NCBI RefSeq assembly: GCF_006345805.1
Contig: NC_043018.1
Location: 11,284,001 to 11,348,000, forward strand
Length of the DNA stretch: 64,000 nucleotides
DNA from: Octopus sinensis
Taxonomy: Eukaryota
Direction of reading: 5' to 3'
Of this stretch, positions 1 through 12,711 are shown one piece after another (positions within the stretch are counted from its first letter, which is position 1; each line of letters begins with the position of its first letter). The position numbers and the translations under genes are program-made. The notes beneath the pieces are model-generated. The model ran no database searches. It had not been told where the DNA came from and saw only the letters and a list, made by a program, of their open reading frames with translations.

Positions 1-344
1 GAATAAATGGACTTAAGGGACAATTTTTAAAATTGGTCTCCTTGAAGCATGGCTGTGTGCTTAAGAAGTTTGCTTTGCAACTGCCTAGTTCCCAGTTCAG
101 TTCCACTTGGGAAAGTATTTTCTGTTATACCTTCAAGTCGACTCATAGCATGTAATGAGAATTTGGCAGATGGAAAGTGTAGAAGTCCATCATGTGTGTG
201 TGTTTTATGTCCCTTTTTGTCCCATAATATAGCAGTTCAACTAATAGAAAATGATAAAATAGGTACTAATAGTGAGGTCAATAGGATGGACTAAACCCTT
301 GAAAGAAGTGCCCTAGTTTGGCCATAAGCCAATGATTGAAACTA

Positions 345-1577
345 TTGGGTTGGCAACTAAGTTCCCGCAGTTTTTTTTTAATTTAAATTTTTTTAAAAGG
401 TTTAATAAAAAATAACAACTAATTAATCAATAATGTATTCACCCTTGTTGTTTACAACTTCCTCCCAACGGTTGACAAGATTTTCAATACCTCGTTGGTA
501 GAAATCCCCCGATTTCGACTTGAAAAATTGATCCAACCAAGCTCTCAATTCTGCATCAGTATTGAATGAAACACCATGCATAGCATTTGAAAGAGATCGA
601 AAGAGGTGGAAATCCATTGGTGCCAAATCAGGAGAGTACGGCGAGTGTGGCAGCACTTCCCAGCCATGCGTTTGAATAGCATATTGGCAATGAGGGCAGG
701 CGTTGTCGTGCAGCAAAAGAACTCCATGTTGCCAGTTGGTTCTTTTCTCTTGAATAGCCGTGTTGAGTCGTTCCATCTGCTGAACATAGAGTTCCGCGTG
801 GACCGTTTGGTTCTGTTCAAGCAATTTGTAATGGATAATCCCTTCCCAGTCCCACCATACGCACAACATTGTTATACGCGGATGAAGATCTTATTTCACG
901 CACGATGTCGCTTGTTTACCGGGGCTCAGCCATTCCTTGCGCTGCTTCATATTGATGTTCAGGCACCATTTTTCATTGCCAGTAACGATTCAGTAAAGAA
1001 ATCGTTGAGTTGAGCGGTGACAAGCAAGCAGACCAGCAGAGATTGTGGCTTGTTGATTTTTGTTGTTATCACCTAAAGCATGCAGAACCCATGCTCCATA
1101 CTTCTAAACCTTTCCCATCGAGTGAAGATGCTTCTCTATAGCAGTGTGGGAGTATTCCATTTTCTCTGCCAGTTCCCTTGTTGTTTGTGCAAAAGTTGGT
1201 TTAATCGCTCTTCATTGAACTCAACTGGACAACCAGAACAAGGTGCATCTTTGAGGTCAAAATTTCCATTTTTGAACTTGGCATACCAATCATGAGCGGT
1301 TCTTTCAGCTATGGCACCCTCTCCATACACAGCACAAATGTCACAAGCAGTTTTTGCAGCCTTAGAACCTTGATTAAAAGCGAAAAGAAGGTGTCAAAAA
1401 TGCTCGTTCTTCTTAACTTGACATTCCATTTTAATGATCTGAAACTAAGCAAATATTAACTAAAATTAACTAGGAAAAAAAAACAAAATATATTCCAAAA
1501 TGATTCAAAAATAGAATTCTTGAAAAAAATAGATTCCAAAATTTAAAAAAACGGTGGGAACTTAGTTGCCAACCCAA
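345..1577 (-). mobile_element. Full-length, non-functional mariner (Tc1/mariner, D,D34D) DNA transposon
   Basis: 22-bp perfect terminal inverted repeat TTGGGTTGGCAACTAAGTTCCC at 345-366 and 1556-1577, each flanked by TA (343-344, 1578-1579). Length 1233 bp, with a transposase remnant inside. Confidence 0.97.
423..1429 (-). pseudogene. Mariner transposase pseudogene
   Basis: Minus strand starts MECQVKKNEHF*HL...VYGEGAIAERTAHDWYAKFKNGNFDLKD (N-terminal HTH region). Later motifs are RIVTGNEKWC (first catalytic D mutated to N), MLCVWWD, LLHDNA and YSPDLAPMDFHLF, ending NNKGEYIID*. It contains an early TGA and several frameshifts. Confidence 0.95.
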
Positions 1578-3549
1578 TAGAAAAAAGAGTAAAAGAACAA
1601 ATTTTCAGTGTTTTGAGATATGTATGTAAATAGGTATATAGATATATATTTATACATGTTTTTAAAAATATAAGAGTGTATAAAATATTTTTATACACAA
1701 AGAGGAGACCATTGACAAGACTCCTTATATGCTAAAAAGGCCAATTAAAACCCAAACCATGTGAAAAGAGAATTCATGAGTCATGCCAATTATAACACTA
1801 GAACGAACAAAAAATTAGTTAATCCTCAAGATATACTTGCTGTTGTTTTCCTGATGGCACCCCTGTGACCCCATTGAGAGCCCATGGCACAGTATGGTCA
1901 AGCCTCAATTATAGTATTGTCAATAGATTTTTTTATTTTATTTCTTGTGAAGCAAATCTTAGAGATTTTTTTTGTCTTTTATTTTTGGAGTAAATCTTCT
2001 TTGCTTTAAGCCATTTTAGTTTCATTTTGATTAACCTCTTGGCATATTCAGCTCAGTTATTCTTCTTATTTTATGTTTGAACCAGCCAGATCTGACTTCT
2101 CACACCCACCCTTCTCTCACCCATTCTGAACATAAACAATCACCTTGTCAATATCTCAAAGTTGCAAGAAAAAGCATGATTAATTAAAAAAAAAAGAGAA
2201 TAAATAACTAAATAACCACTACATTTGGTGGAGTAATCTAAATGGTAAAGACTGTCTTCATTGATCCTGTGATTCATGTTATTCTGCTGTAGAATTGCTT
2301 ATCATGGACGAGAGAGCTTCTGCATGATCATTCGACCGACTGGGTATTGTAACCACATTTCCTTCAAATGACACCCTACCCTAAATATGACAAGGAGCAA
2401 CACAGTCAGTAATAATGTTATTTGACACACTATACCTTTAAAAAATGGATGACACGGTCGTAGCTGTAATCCTTTTAAATGTAAAGTTGGCTTAACTAGG
2501 GCTAATATGGAGTTAAGCAACTCCAGCATACACACAATCAAATTTTCCTTTGAAAATGTCTGCTGGTAATTTCTGGAAATTTCAGCTTATGAATATTATC
2601 TGAATCTTTATCAATCAATCAGTATTTTATTTATCTCATAAAAGTGAGATAAATAATCAACTGTTTAATTTTTTTTCTCTATTCAATATTAACTGTCGAA
2701 GGGAACTGAGGAGTAGTTATTCCTGTGGACCTCTGGGAAAGGGGTAAATTCATGATTTCTCTAAGGTCTTATTGACTTATGTGAATCAAAGAGATGAAAC
2801 TACACCATGAACAAAATAGCCTTTCCCCCTTAGGCACTTAACACACATCGGCTTTCTTTCTTGTTTTTCTTTTTTCATGTCAAGGATTAATTTAGTTAAT
2901 TCAATCAAAATGTATGTATTAATCTTTAGTTCAGTCTCTATAACGGAAAGGGAAAAGCCATTAGACAAATGGTGTGATTTTATTTGATATTTTCCACACT
3001 TATTCCTAGACTTACACCATTTTTTTCTTAACAGGAAACATTTCCATTGTTTTTCTTTTTTTTTTCTTTTTTTAAACTCCAAATCAATCCTGAAAGAGCA
3101 GATAGATCAATGATCAAACCCATTCCAACCATGACCTTCCTGTCTCTTATGATTCAGACATAGTGTACCTATAGCTACATTATTTATGTGGCTCACCTCT
3201 TTTTGTGGTTTGGAAGTTTTAACTATTATTTCTAGAAGGTTAGCAACCATGTAGAGGCTTCCAGATTTGTTCACCCTTCTCCTGTTGTTGGTAGCACAAG
3301 AAATTAACAAAGCATTTGTAAGAGCTATTCCCTAAATTCCAATTAAAACATTCTTTTAAAATGTTAGCGAGACTGTCATTCTTAAAGAAATTACTTCTAA
3401 GTATAGCCTTTACCTACAATTTAAGTTGATTGGATTGGGTTAGATCTGCGTGTGTTCAGTCTACAGCAGGATGAATACCTCAGCATGTTCTCTCCACCAA
3501 CCATGCTTTCACTTGGAAGCTGTGGATTTCAGGTTTAGGCCACACTGGC

Positions 3550-3700
3550 GGGGCCGGATTAAGACTCATCCTAAGCACTTAAAAGTTTCCTCCTACTTTT
3601 TTGAATTGCAAAGTCTTTGATCAGATCCTCAAAATTAATCTTGGGTAAGACATCTGCATCTATACTTATTAGAAATCAAGGCATCCTGAATATTAATTTA
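3550..3700 (-). mobile_element. hAT-superfamily transposon 3' remnant
   Basis: Minus strand reads ISIDADVLPKINFEDLIKDFAIQKSRRKLL, resembling the hAT C-terminal dimerization region. It is followed by a terminus GGGGCCGGATTAAG (3550-3563) of the hAT end type. The other end was not found. Confidence 0.6.
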
Positions 3701-3896
3701 GCAAGTTTGAAGTGATTTCTTTTGGTGCCGTAAGCCATTTACCATTTCTCTGGTGCCTCCTCTTTCCCTTGATACCCTGAGCATGTGCTTATTTTTCTTA
3801 ATGGTTAATCCAGCACTGTATACTGGTTTGATGAGCCTACATAGTCACACTGGCTCAACATGGCTTGGCAGACGAATGCAGTTTTTATACACATAC

Positions 3897-4080
3897 CCAG
3901 GTGTAGTTAAGTCGATTACTTCAACCTGTGTTCAACTGGTGCTTATTTTATCAACCTTGAAAAGATGAAGGACAAAGTTGGTCTCAGTGGAATTTGAACT
4001 TAGAGCTTATTAAGAACGGACAAAATACCACTAAGCATTTTGCCCAGCATGCTAACAATTCTGCCAACTCCACACCTTAT
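3897..4080 (-). mobile_element. tRNA-derived SINE, family A
   Basis: Reverse complement of the family-A head (GGCAGAATTGTTAGCATGCTGGGCAAAATGCTTAGTGG...GTTCAAATTCCAC) plus the core CTTCATCTTTTCAAGGTTGATAAAATAAGCACCAG. Confidence 0.85.
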
Positions 4081-4607
4081 TGAAATAATGTAGTCTAATT
4101 GTCCGACTGCTAACATACATTTATTGGTTGGGTAGTAAAATCGCAGATAATAGTCTTGGCAGAATCAGTTAATTACTTGCAAATTGGTTAGGAAATTTCT
4201 GGATAGTCATTTGGTTCTGCTTGAAGGTTTTGGGGTTACTAAATTAAAACATCAGGACAATAATGAAGATGAGAGAAACATCACTAGAATCCTCATGAAG
4301 TTATGGAACTGAATCTTAACCAGTCTGCCAAGCATGTTATTTCTGTGAGCCTGGAAGCTGGACTTGCAGCTGATGTGTGATTAGTTGCAGTATGTATGAT
4401 AAAAAGGGGACTGGCTTGTCAAACAGTGGAAATATGTAAAGAGAGGACACTGGGAAGAACAAAGATGGCAGTAGGTAAAATGGTCTGATTGGACAATGGG
4501 CAGACAGAGCTGAATGGGAAATGGTAGCAATTCACAGATAGAACTGACTTAACTAATGAAACTGAATGGACAAACAGGTTAGTAGGCAAACAAAACTGAT
4601 TAGTTAA

Positions 4608-4828
4608 CCCTTTCGTTACTGTATTTATTTTGAGATGCTCTGTGTTTCTTTCAATTATTTTAAATACAACAAAGAATTTAGTAAAATAACTTAGTTATCA
4701 TTAAGCTAGTGTTAGGAACATTAATTGTGACTAAGGTTAGGTGGAAGATTTTAATTCAAAACTTATGAAAACAAAACATTTGTATTACACAGCAAGTGCC
4801 AGTTTCAGCCAGGCTGGTAACGAAAGGG
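4608..4828. mobile_element. piggyBac-type MITE with TTAA target duplication
   Basis: TTAA (4604-4607) + CCCTTTCGTTAC ... GTAACGAAAGGG + TTAA (4829-4832); 12-bp perfect TIR and no ORF. Confidence 0.85.
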
Positions 4829-5117
4829 TTAAATACTGTTTATATGCCCTTGTAACTGACTGGACAAACAGTGATAATAAGTTAACAGAATTCACCGAAC
4901 AAATAGTAACAATAGGCAAATATAATTTACAGGGCAAACGGGCAAACGGGCAGAGGCATAGAAGTGAACAGGTAAACTTGATAAGCAAATCTAACTCAAT
5001 GGTAAAACATTGTCAGTAGGCAAACTGAACTCAGTGGGAAAACAGGGTCAATAAGCAAACATAACTCAGTCAGAAAGCGGTGACAATGAATGAACAGAGC
5101 TGACTGGGAAAAAAGTT

Positions 5118-6587
5118 ATTATCATCATCATCGTTTAACGTCCATTTTCCATGCTCGCATGGGTTGGACGGTTCAACTGGGGTCTGGGAAGCCAGAAGGC
5201 TGCGCCATGCCCAGTCTGATCTGGCAGTGTTTCTACAGCTGGATGCCCTTCCTAATGCCAACCACTCCGAGAGTTTAGTGGTGCTTTTTATGTGCCACCT
5301 GCACAGGTACCAGACGAGGCTGGCAAACAGCCACAGTCGGATGGTGCTTTTTACGTGCCACCGGCACGGGGGCCAGGTGAGGCTGGCAACGGCCACAATC
5401 GGATGGTGCTTTTTACGTGCCACCGGCACTGGTATCACAGCTACAATTTCCATTGATGTTGATCAATTTCGATTTTGATTTTCACTTGCCTCAACAGGTC
5501 TTCACAAGTAGGGTTTGTGTCACAAGAAGGAAAGGTATGCATAAGTGGGATGGCTACGTCCCAGGTAGAGGCCACGGGTTATGGTCTCACTTGTCCTGCC
5601 GGGTCTTCCCATGCACAGCATACTTCCAAAGGTCTCGGTCTCTGGTCATTTCCTCAGTGAGACCTAAAGTTTGAAGGTTGTGCTTCACCACCTCATCCCA
5701 GGTTTTCCCGGGTCTACCTCTTCCACAGGTTCCCTCAACCGCTAGGGTGTGGCGCTTTTTCACACAACTATCTTCATCCATTCTTGTCACATGACTATAC
5801 CAGCGCAAATGTCTCTCTTGCACACCACAACTGATGCTTCTTAGGTCCAACTTTTCTCTCAAGGTACTTACACTCTGTTGAGTATGAACACTGACATTAC
5901 ACATCCATCAGAGCATACTGGCTTCATTTCTTGCAAGCTTACGCATATCCTCAGCAGTCACGGCCCAAGTTTCACTACCATGTAGCATGGCTGTTCATAC
6001 ACATGCGTCATACAGTCTGCCTTTTACTCTGAGTGAGAGGCCTTTTGTCACCAGCAGAGGTAAGAGCTCTCTGAACTTTGCCCTGGCTATTCTTACTCCA
6101 TCAGTTACACTTTCAGCACACCCGCCCCCCCTCACTGACTTGGTCACCTAGGTAATGGAAGCTATCAACTATTTCTAGTTTTTCTCCCTGGAATGTGGCA
6201 GAAGTTGGTCTCTGAGCATTTTCAGTGTTTATTGCTCCTGAGCATCTGCCACATACAAAAACTATCTTCCCAGTTAGCCTTCCTTTGACATTGCTGCACC
6301 TCTTATGTGTCCATAGCTTACACTTGGTGCATCTTAAAGAATTTCTACCTATGCCTTTTCTACAGATCGAGCAGGGCCATCTACCTGAAGGCGTTTGTGA
6401 TTTGCCTGCCTTCCTACGTATTAGGACTTTGGTTTTAGCTAGGTTGATTTTAAGGCCCTTCGATTCTAATCCTTGTCTCCACACTTGAAACTTTGCCTCT
6501 AGTTCTGATAGTGACTCAGCAATTAGGAGCAAGGTCATCAGCATATAGGAGCTCCCAGGGGCATCCTGTCTTGAATTCCTCTGTTAT
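5118..6587 (-). mobile_element. 5'-truncated RTE-clade LINE: RT C-terminal half, 3' UTR and (GAT)n tail; frameshifted
   Basis: Minus strand reads ITEEFKTGCPWELLYADDL (frameshift after DDL), then GLKINLAKTKVL, EKLEIVDSFHYLGD and LRWYSHVTRMDEDSC...GTCGRGRPGKTWDEVV (typical RTE C-terminus). The UTR has short internal repeats and ends in (GAT)n at ~5120-5132. Confidence 0.93.
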
Positions 6588-7800
6588 CAATAAGGGATTA
6601 TCCTGTAGTGATTAAAAGGGATACAGGACAAGTAATATAGGACAATATTTAAAACTTTCTCAAGGGTTGTTCGCTATTCAAGAAAGTGCAGTGAGTTAAG
6701 CCACAAGCTGGGATAATATAGCAACATTAAAGAGGTTGCCAAACGAGTCCTCAACAGTTTCTTGTTATACAGGTCAATTTATATTCTCTTTGTTGTAGTT
6801 AATGAAGATAATGCTGCACACTGACCTATGCCAGACAGACAAACTGTATGGACAAATGGTTTCTTGTAAGGTGTGTGTGTGTGTGTATGTATATAAATCT
6901 ATATACATGTACTTGTGTGTGTGTGTGCAAACTTAAGTATATATAAGTGAATACATATTCATATGTGTGTATGCATGAGTATGTGCATGTGTATGTGTGT
7001 GCATATGTATCTATGTGTGTATATGCGAACATCCATTTATTAGATTTAAGAGAGAGAGAGAGAGCTCAGTGCCATCATAGAGTATAATTAGTGTAATTGA
7101 GTGACATAAAAAATATATATCTAAACATGTATACTGCCCAAAATCAATATGGACTCTGTGTGAGTGCTTATACATATTGTACTTTTTACAGTGTTTCTGT
7201 TGTGTTTGAAGGCCAACATAAAATATTTGTACCTGAGTGACACAAAACAAATGCTTCTCATTAGAAGATGATTTTGACATGCTCAGACATGCCTTGTTGT
7301 TGTTGATGATGATGATGTAGCATTGGAGGAGAGATGAACACACATGCATGCTCACATCAAGTTGATGGTGGATGAGTTATTTCACTCAAGAGCAAAAGTG
7401 TCAGGTTCAATTCCACATAAGAATTGAAATTTCACTTATATTTAAAAAGGAAAATGTTACTAATAAACTTCAAATAACCAAATTTCCATCAAATTACACA
7501 TTTCCTTCAAATGGATGAGATGGTCGAAGTTGGAATTCATTAAAGTATAAGGTCAGCTTAAATAGGGTTGAAATAAACTTAAAAGAACTGTATTAAAAGG
7601 ACATTTTCAAATATTTTGTGCTAGTGAGTCACAGATGGTCAAAATATCAGCAGAGACATTGCTGTCAGGGTGTCATCCTTGATCCACAGATGGTCAAAGT
7701 ACCCTCTTTAAGTCACAGATAGTAAGCTATTATTCAAGAGAGTCACAAATGGTTAATATCCTATTAAGTCACAAGTTGTTAATACAATAACCTTATAGTA

Positions 7801-8570
7801 AAGGGAATGAGCTGGCAGAATCATTAGCGTGCTGCCAGGGAAAATGCTTAGCAGCATTTCATTTCTCTTTACAATCTGAGTTCAAATTCCACCAGAGTCA
7901 ACTTTTCCTTTCATCCTTTTGGGATCGATAGAATGAGTACTAGTTGGACACCGTAGTTGTGTTTCTTAACACTTAAAACAAGCAGGGTTAAGCTTCAGTA
8001 TATTGTGGTAAGTCTCAGAAACAAAGTTAAGGATATCTTTGCTTTTGCCTCGAGTCATCAATTCTTTAATGGAGTTGTAGGAACACTATTGGAATGTACA
8101 ATGTGTTCTTGACATTTCCAGACCTTGCAAAGCCCAACTCTCTCTCTCTCTCTCTAGCTGTAGCTGTGACTTAGCCAACTTCTTCCAAAAATAGAGAAAG
8201 GAGAATTGGCTCAGCACAGGATTGGTACTTTATCGATTGACCCTGAAAAGTTGAAAGATAAAGTTGACCTTTATGGGATTTGAACCCAGTCAGAATAATT
8301 ACTACAAAGCAATCTATTCAATCCTCTTATACTCTCTCAGTTGGCCATCTTATTTATCAAATTAAATCTTGTACTCTGTATACAATGCTAAAGGCAGTGT
8401 GCTGACAGAATCATTGGTATGCCAGGCAAAGACTTTGCAGCATTTCGTCTGTCTTAATGCTCTGAGTTCGAATTCTGCCAAGTTCAACTTTGCCTTTCAT
8501 TGGGGGTGATGTAATCAACTTACACCCACCCCTGGGATTACTGGCCCTGTGACAAAATTTGAAAGCTATA
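7801..8570. mobile_element. Cluster of decayed family-A SINE copies (+ 7801-7952, - ~8200-8345, + ~8392-8570)
   Basis: Recurrent GCTGGCAGAATC..TTAGC / GAGTTCAAATTC / CTTTGCCTTTCATCC motifs. Confidence 0.75.
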
Positions 8571-10618
8571 TGTATACAATGCTATGTTTTATTTTTACAT
8601 TAAAGTTAATGTCACAGAAGTGCTCAATACATTGAGATAGAGCTAATTAAAATATGTGAACAGTTAAAATAGCTAGGTTCGGATGAAGCTATAAGATGTT
8701 ACTCAGGCACTCAACTATGAATCTACCACATCTTATCACAGCTGTATGCTAATAAAATTCATAAGATAATCTTATGAATTTACTTATTTTTCTTATAATG
8801 CACAGATATTAAAATAAATATCAAAAAGAGACTAAGTCTGTTTATGTATTCACTTTCATAAATGATGTAATTTACATTATTTTACCTTTCACTTGTTTCA
8901 GTCGTTGGAGATGCTGGGACACCACCTCTACAATTATGTCTTCACTTAATTCCTTTTTCTAAGATTAAGATCTCTGTTTTATTTACTTATTTTTTATGTT
9001 GATCTGTTATGTATTTAATAAGTTGTAGAGTTGTTGGTGCCAGAATCAATAAGATACTGGTTTAGTCAGGTGAAGCATTAATGGCTCTTATCCAAGCCTA
9101 TGATGTAGCCATGCCCCTTTCCTCACTTTTGTGATATAAATATATTCTAAACTCTAAGAGTTTTTTAAGAGGCTGGTTCTTAGTTGCAGTTTGAATGCTA
9201 TTAAAAAAAGAAAAAAAAAAACACAGTTAGATGTAAGGTGTGTTTCACTCTGGGATAGGAGTGGGTGAATTACCCAATCACAAATGGCATCACCCAGTCC
9301 TTCCTTTCTAAACCATCAAGCCTCTGGAATACTCACCTTGTCCTCTTTTAACATTTTTTTTTCATTTACTTATTTATTTGCCACCACCACTTCCAGCTAT
9401 TCAAATGAAACATTTACAAAATTGATCTCTAGCCACAAACAAGGCTGCATGGTCAAAAATTTGTTTCCTAACCACGTGGTCAAGATTGGAAGGCAAACTT
9501 CTTAAAGCATGTAGCCACAGTAGAAGGCACCTGGCCAAGATTCCACTATGTGGCAACTTTTCCCCTGTGACTTCTACTAATATCCCTGGGTTGACTAACA
9601 CCTTGTGAGTAGACAGAAAATGAAAGGCAACCTATGTGTGTGTGTGTATGTGTTTCTGTCTCCTCTTGACATCACAAGTGTGTGTGTAAAGAAAAATTTT
9701 TAATTATTCCATAGTCTTTGATTGCCAGTTGAATTGAAGTAATGTAAAATATGCTGCTTAAACTTAATACAATGAAATAACTACTGCTGCAGTGGATTTG
9801 AAATCAAGATCTTTGGACTGGTAGTGTAATACTGTAACCATTTGGCTATTTCCTTTGTACTAAAAGAAAGCAATATTAAAAGCTTGACTGTCTGGAAATA
9901 TTTTTATAAATTTGTGTTCTAAGAAATTGCCTATAATTTCGATTTCTGAAGTTTATTGAATTGTCTTAACTCCAAATTCTCACAAATTTAAATATTCATT
10001 GAATTCACTGCGTTCAATTCTTCATGAATTTAAATATTCATTGCATTCACTGCGGAGTAGATTTTAATGTTTAATAATAAACACAATTAATTCATTGCAG
10101 GCAACATTTTACATTTTTATTTACATCAGTCTCTCTTTCTTGCTCTCCCCTATTTTCATTAATAATAATTTAATAACAACATTCTGAGTTCAAATACTAC
10201 CAAGGTCAGCTTTGCCTTTCATCCTTTCAGGGTCGATAAAATAAGTACCAGTTAAGTATTGAGATCAATGTAATTGATTTATCTCTTTCCTAAACTTGCT
10301 GGTCTTGTGCCAAATGTTGAAATCTATATTTCAGGATGGTCATCTTTTTTTTTGTCAACTAATTACATGCGCTATATGTTCATTCTTCACTCATTTATTA
10401 TTGTTCTTGTTTTATATGTCCATTGTCTGGAAATCTTTCATCACACATCTGTGACCTCTTCAGCAACCCTTTCCATACACGTGTATCCTCCTGCTCTGCC
10501 TAGTCCATATCATAACACTAAAAGGAAATCAGTTTGTATTAATTACAAGTATGCATTGTACATGAGTGTGTAATTAAACACACACACACACACATATAGT
10601 AATATATATATATATTTT

Positions 10619-11026
10619 TCTTTTTTTACTTGTTTCAGTCATTTTGACTGCGGCCATGCTGGTGCACTGCCATTAATCGAGCAACTCGACCCCGGGACAT
10701 ATTCTTTGTAAGCCCAGTACTTATTCTATAGGTCTCTTTTGCCGAACCGCTAAGTGACGAGGACATCAGCATCAGTTGTCACCAGCATCAGTTGTCAAGC
10801 AATGCTAGGGGGACAAACATAGACACACAAACATACACGCACATACATATATATACATATATACAATGGGCTTCTTTCAGTTTTCGTCTACCAGATCTAC
10901 TCACAAGGCTTTGGTCGGCCCGAGGCTATAGTAGAAGACACTTGCCCAAGGTGCCATGCAGTGAGACTGAACCCGGAACCATGTGGTTGGTAAACAAGCT
11001 ACTTACCACACAGCCACTCCTGCACC
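10619..11026 (-). mobile_element. tRNA-derived SINE, family B (internal TA/TG microsatellite)
   Basis: Head GGTGCAGGAGTGGCTGTGTGGTAAGTAGCTTG...GGTTCAGTC, then core GCACCTTGGGCAAGTGTCTTC, an internal (TA)/(TG) tract and tail ...ACTGAAACAAGTAAAA. Near-identical to copies at 13682, 26811, 52864 and 55207. Confidence 0.9.
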
Positions 11027-11073
11027 TATATATATAAATAGTTTAACACTTTGCTATAATAATAATAATAATG

Positions 11074-11104
<31 letters not shown>

Positions 11105-11106
<2 letters not shown>

Positions 11107-11560
11107 TACCACAAAGCATTTTGTCCAGCATGCTAATGATTCTGCCAGCTTACCGACTTAATGATAATAATAATAATAATCCTTTCTAATATAGGCACAA
11201 GGCCTGAAATTTTCAGGGAAATTATAAGTCAATTACATCAACCCCAGAACTCAATTGGTACTTAATTTATCGACTCTGAAAGGATGAAAGGCAAAGTCAA
11301 CCTCGACAGAATTTAAAATCAGAATGTAGTGATGGGCGAAATATTGCTAAGCATTTCACTTGGCATGCTAGCGATCTTTCCAGTTCACCAGGCACAATGC
11401 CTGTTATTTTGGGGGAAGGGATATGTCAATTACATTTACCCCAGTTTTCGCCTGGTACTTATTTTATCGACCCTGAAAGGGTGAAAGGCAAAGTTGACCT
11501 CAGCAGAATTTGAATTTTACCGATGGACAAAATGCCACTAAGCAGTCCCAGGTCAGCTCC
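11105..11560 (-). mobile_element. Chain of family-A SINEs separated by (AAT)n
   Basis: Two near-complete minus-strand copies (~11180-11390, ~11395-11550) and a head fragment at 11105-11160, adjoining (AAT)n at 11058-11104. Confidence 0.8.
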
Positions 11561-12711
11561 ACTATTAATTAGTCTTGGTCATCTCTGCTAATATCTCAAA
11601 TCACATCAGGATGTATATATCCTAGGTCTCTCCCTCTCCCGCTTCTCTCTAAGTTTCAATTGGGCTAATCATACAGATGATTTAGAAGCAAAACACGCAA
11701 TTGGCTATTATAAATATTTATTATCTTGTGTGACATAATAAATATTGATCAATTGATTGATTGATTTAAAAAGCAGTTGTTAGAAAGTTGCAAACATAAC
11801 TGAAAGTGGCAGAAGTCCTTCAGTGATACGGATGATGGACAATAAAGGACGATTGAGTTCCTGCTCCATTTTAGGGTTTTCTCATCAATCAAAGACAGCT
11901 TCTTACTCGCTCGCTTTAACAAAATCTCTTCATTTCGTTGACAAAAGAATGTGTAGAGTTTATTACAAGACAACATAATTTGGTGAAAACGTATTTTTGG
12001 AAAAAAAAAATGTTTTTAATCTTTTTCTCCCTGCTCCCTCCTCCTTCTCTTCCTTTTTTCTTCTTTCTCTCTCTCTCCCTCTGTCTCTCTCATGCCACCA
12101 TTGCTCTCAAGTTTTCCATTGTTTTTAAGCGATACGACTATGAGTGGTTTCTAAAAATACCAATCTTACATATTGGTATTGATTTCTTGTTTGGTGCTGT
12201 GCTAGAGGCCACATCTCAGGAGTTGGATATATTACAACAACAACAAGATCAGCAGCAACAGCACTACCACCACCACCACCACCACCACCACGCCGCCAGC
12301 AGCTCTATAACCCCCGCTACCACCAGCAGAAAATATGTCATTTATAGAAATGTAAATCATTTCAGTTTTCCATTCAGTCAATAATGAATTCACATACAAA
12401 CTTTCTAATTCATCTTCTGTAATGTTAAGGGGTGAGTGGGGAGGGTTGAGGTGGACTTTTTTGTTGTTTTTTTTTATCAGTGTCTAATACAGATATTGGG
12501 TAATGTTTTATTTATAAAGTTTGAATTTTTTTATTTTATTTAATTCACTTTATTTAGGATGTAACGCCCACCTACCTTTTACACCCAGTAAAATCTTGCT
12601 CTGACCATTTAGAAATACCAATAATCATTATTGCTTTGTTTTAAATTCAAATCAATTTCCAATAGAATACTTTCTCCCATATTTGTAATCGCCCAAAATC
12701 AAATCAACTTT

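Noticed and set aside
8755-8781. Perfect 12-bp inverted repeat AAATTCATAAGA-TAA-TCTTATGAATTT, and the ~45-bp direct duplication at 9985-10055
   Set aside because: Short AT-rich symmetries are expected at this composition, and no associated feature supports a function.
11938-12384. Poly-Gln/poly-His ORF resembling a transcription-factor low-complexity region
   Set aside because: The Q/H runs come from (CAA)/(CAG)/(CAC) microsatellites. The flanks are T-rich and show no recognisable domain or plus-strand exon boundaries.
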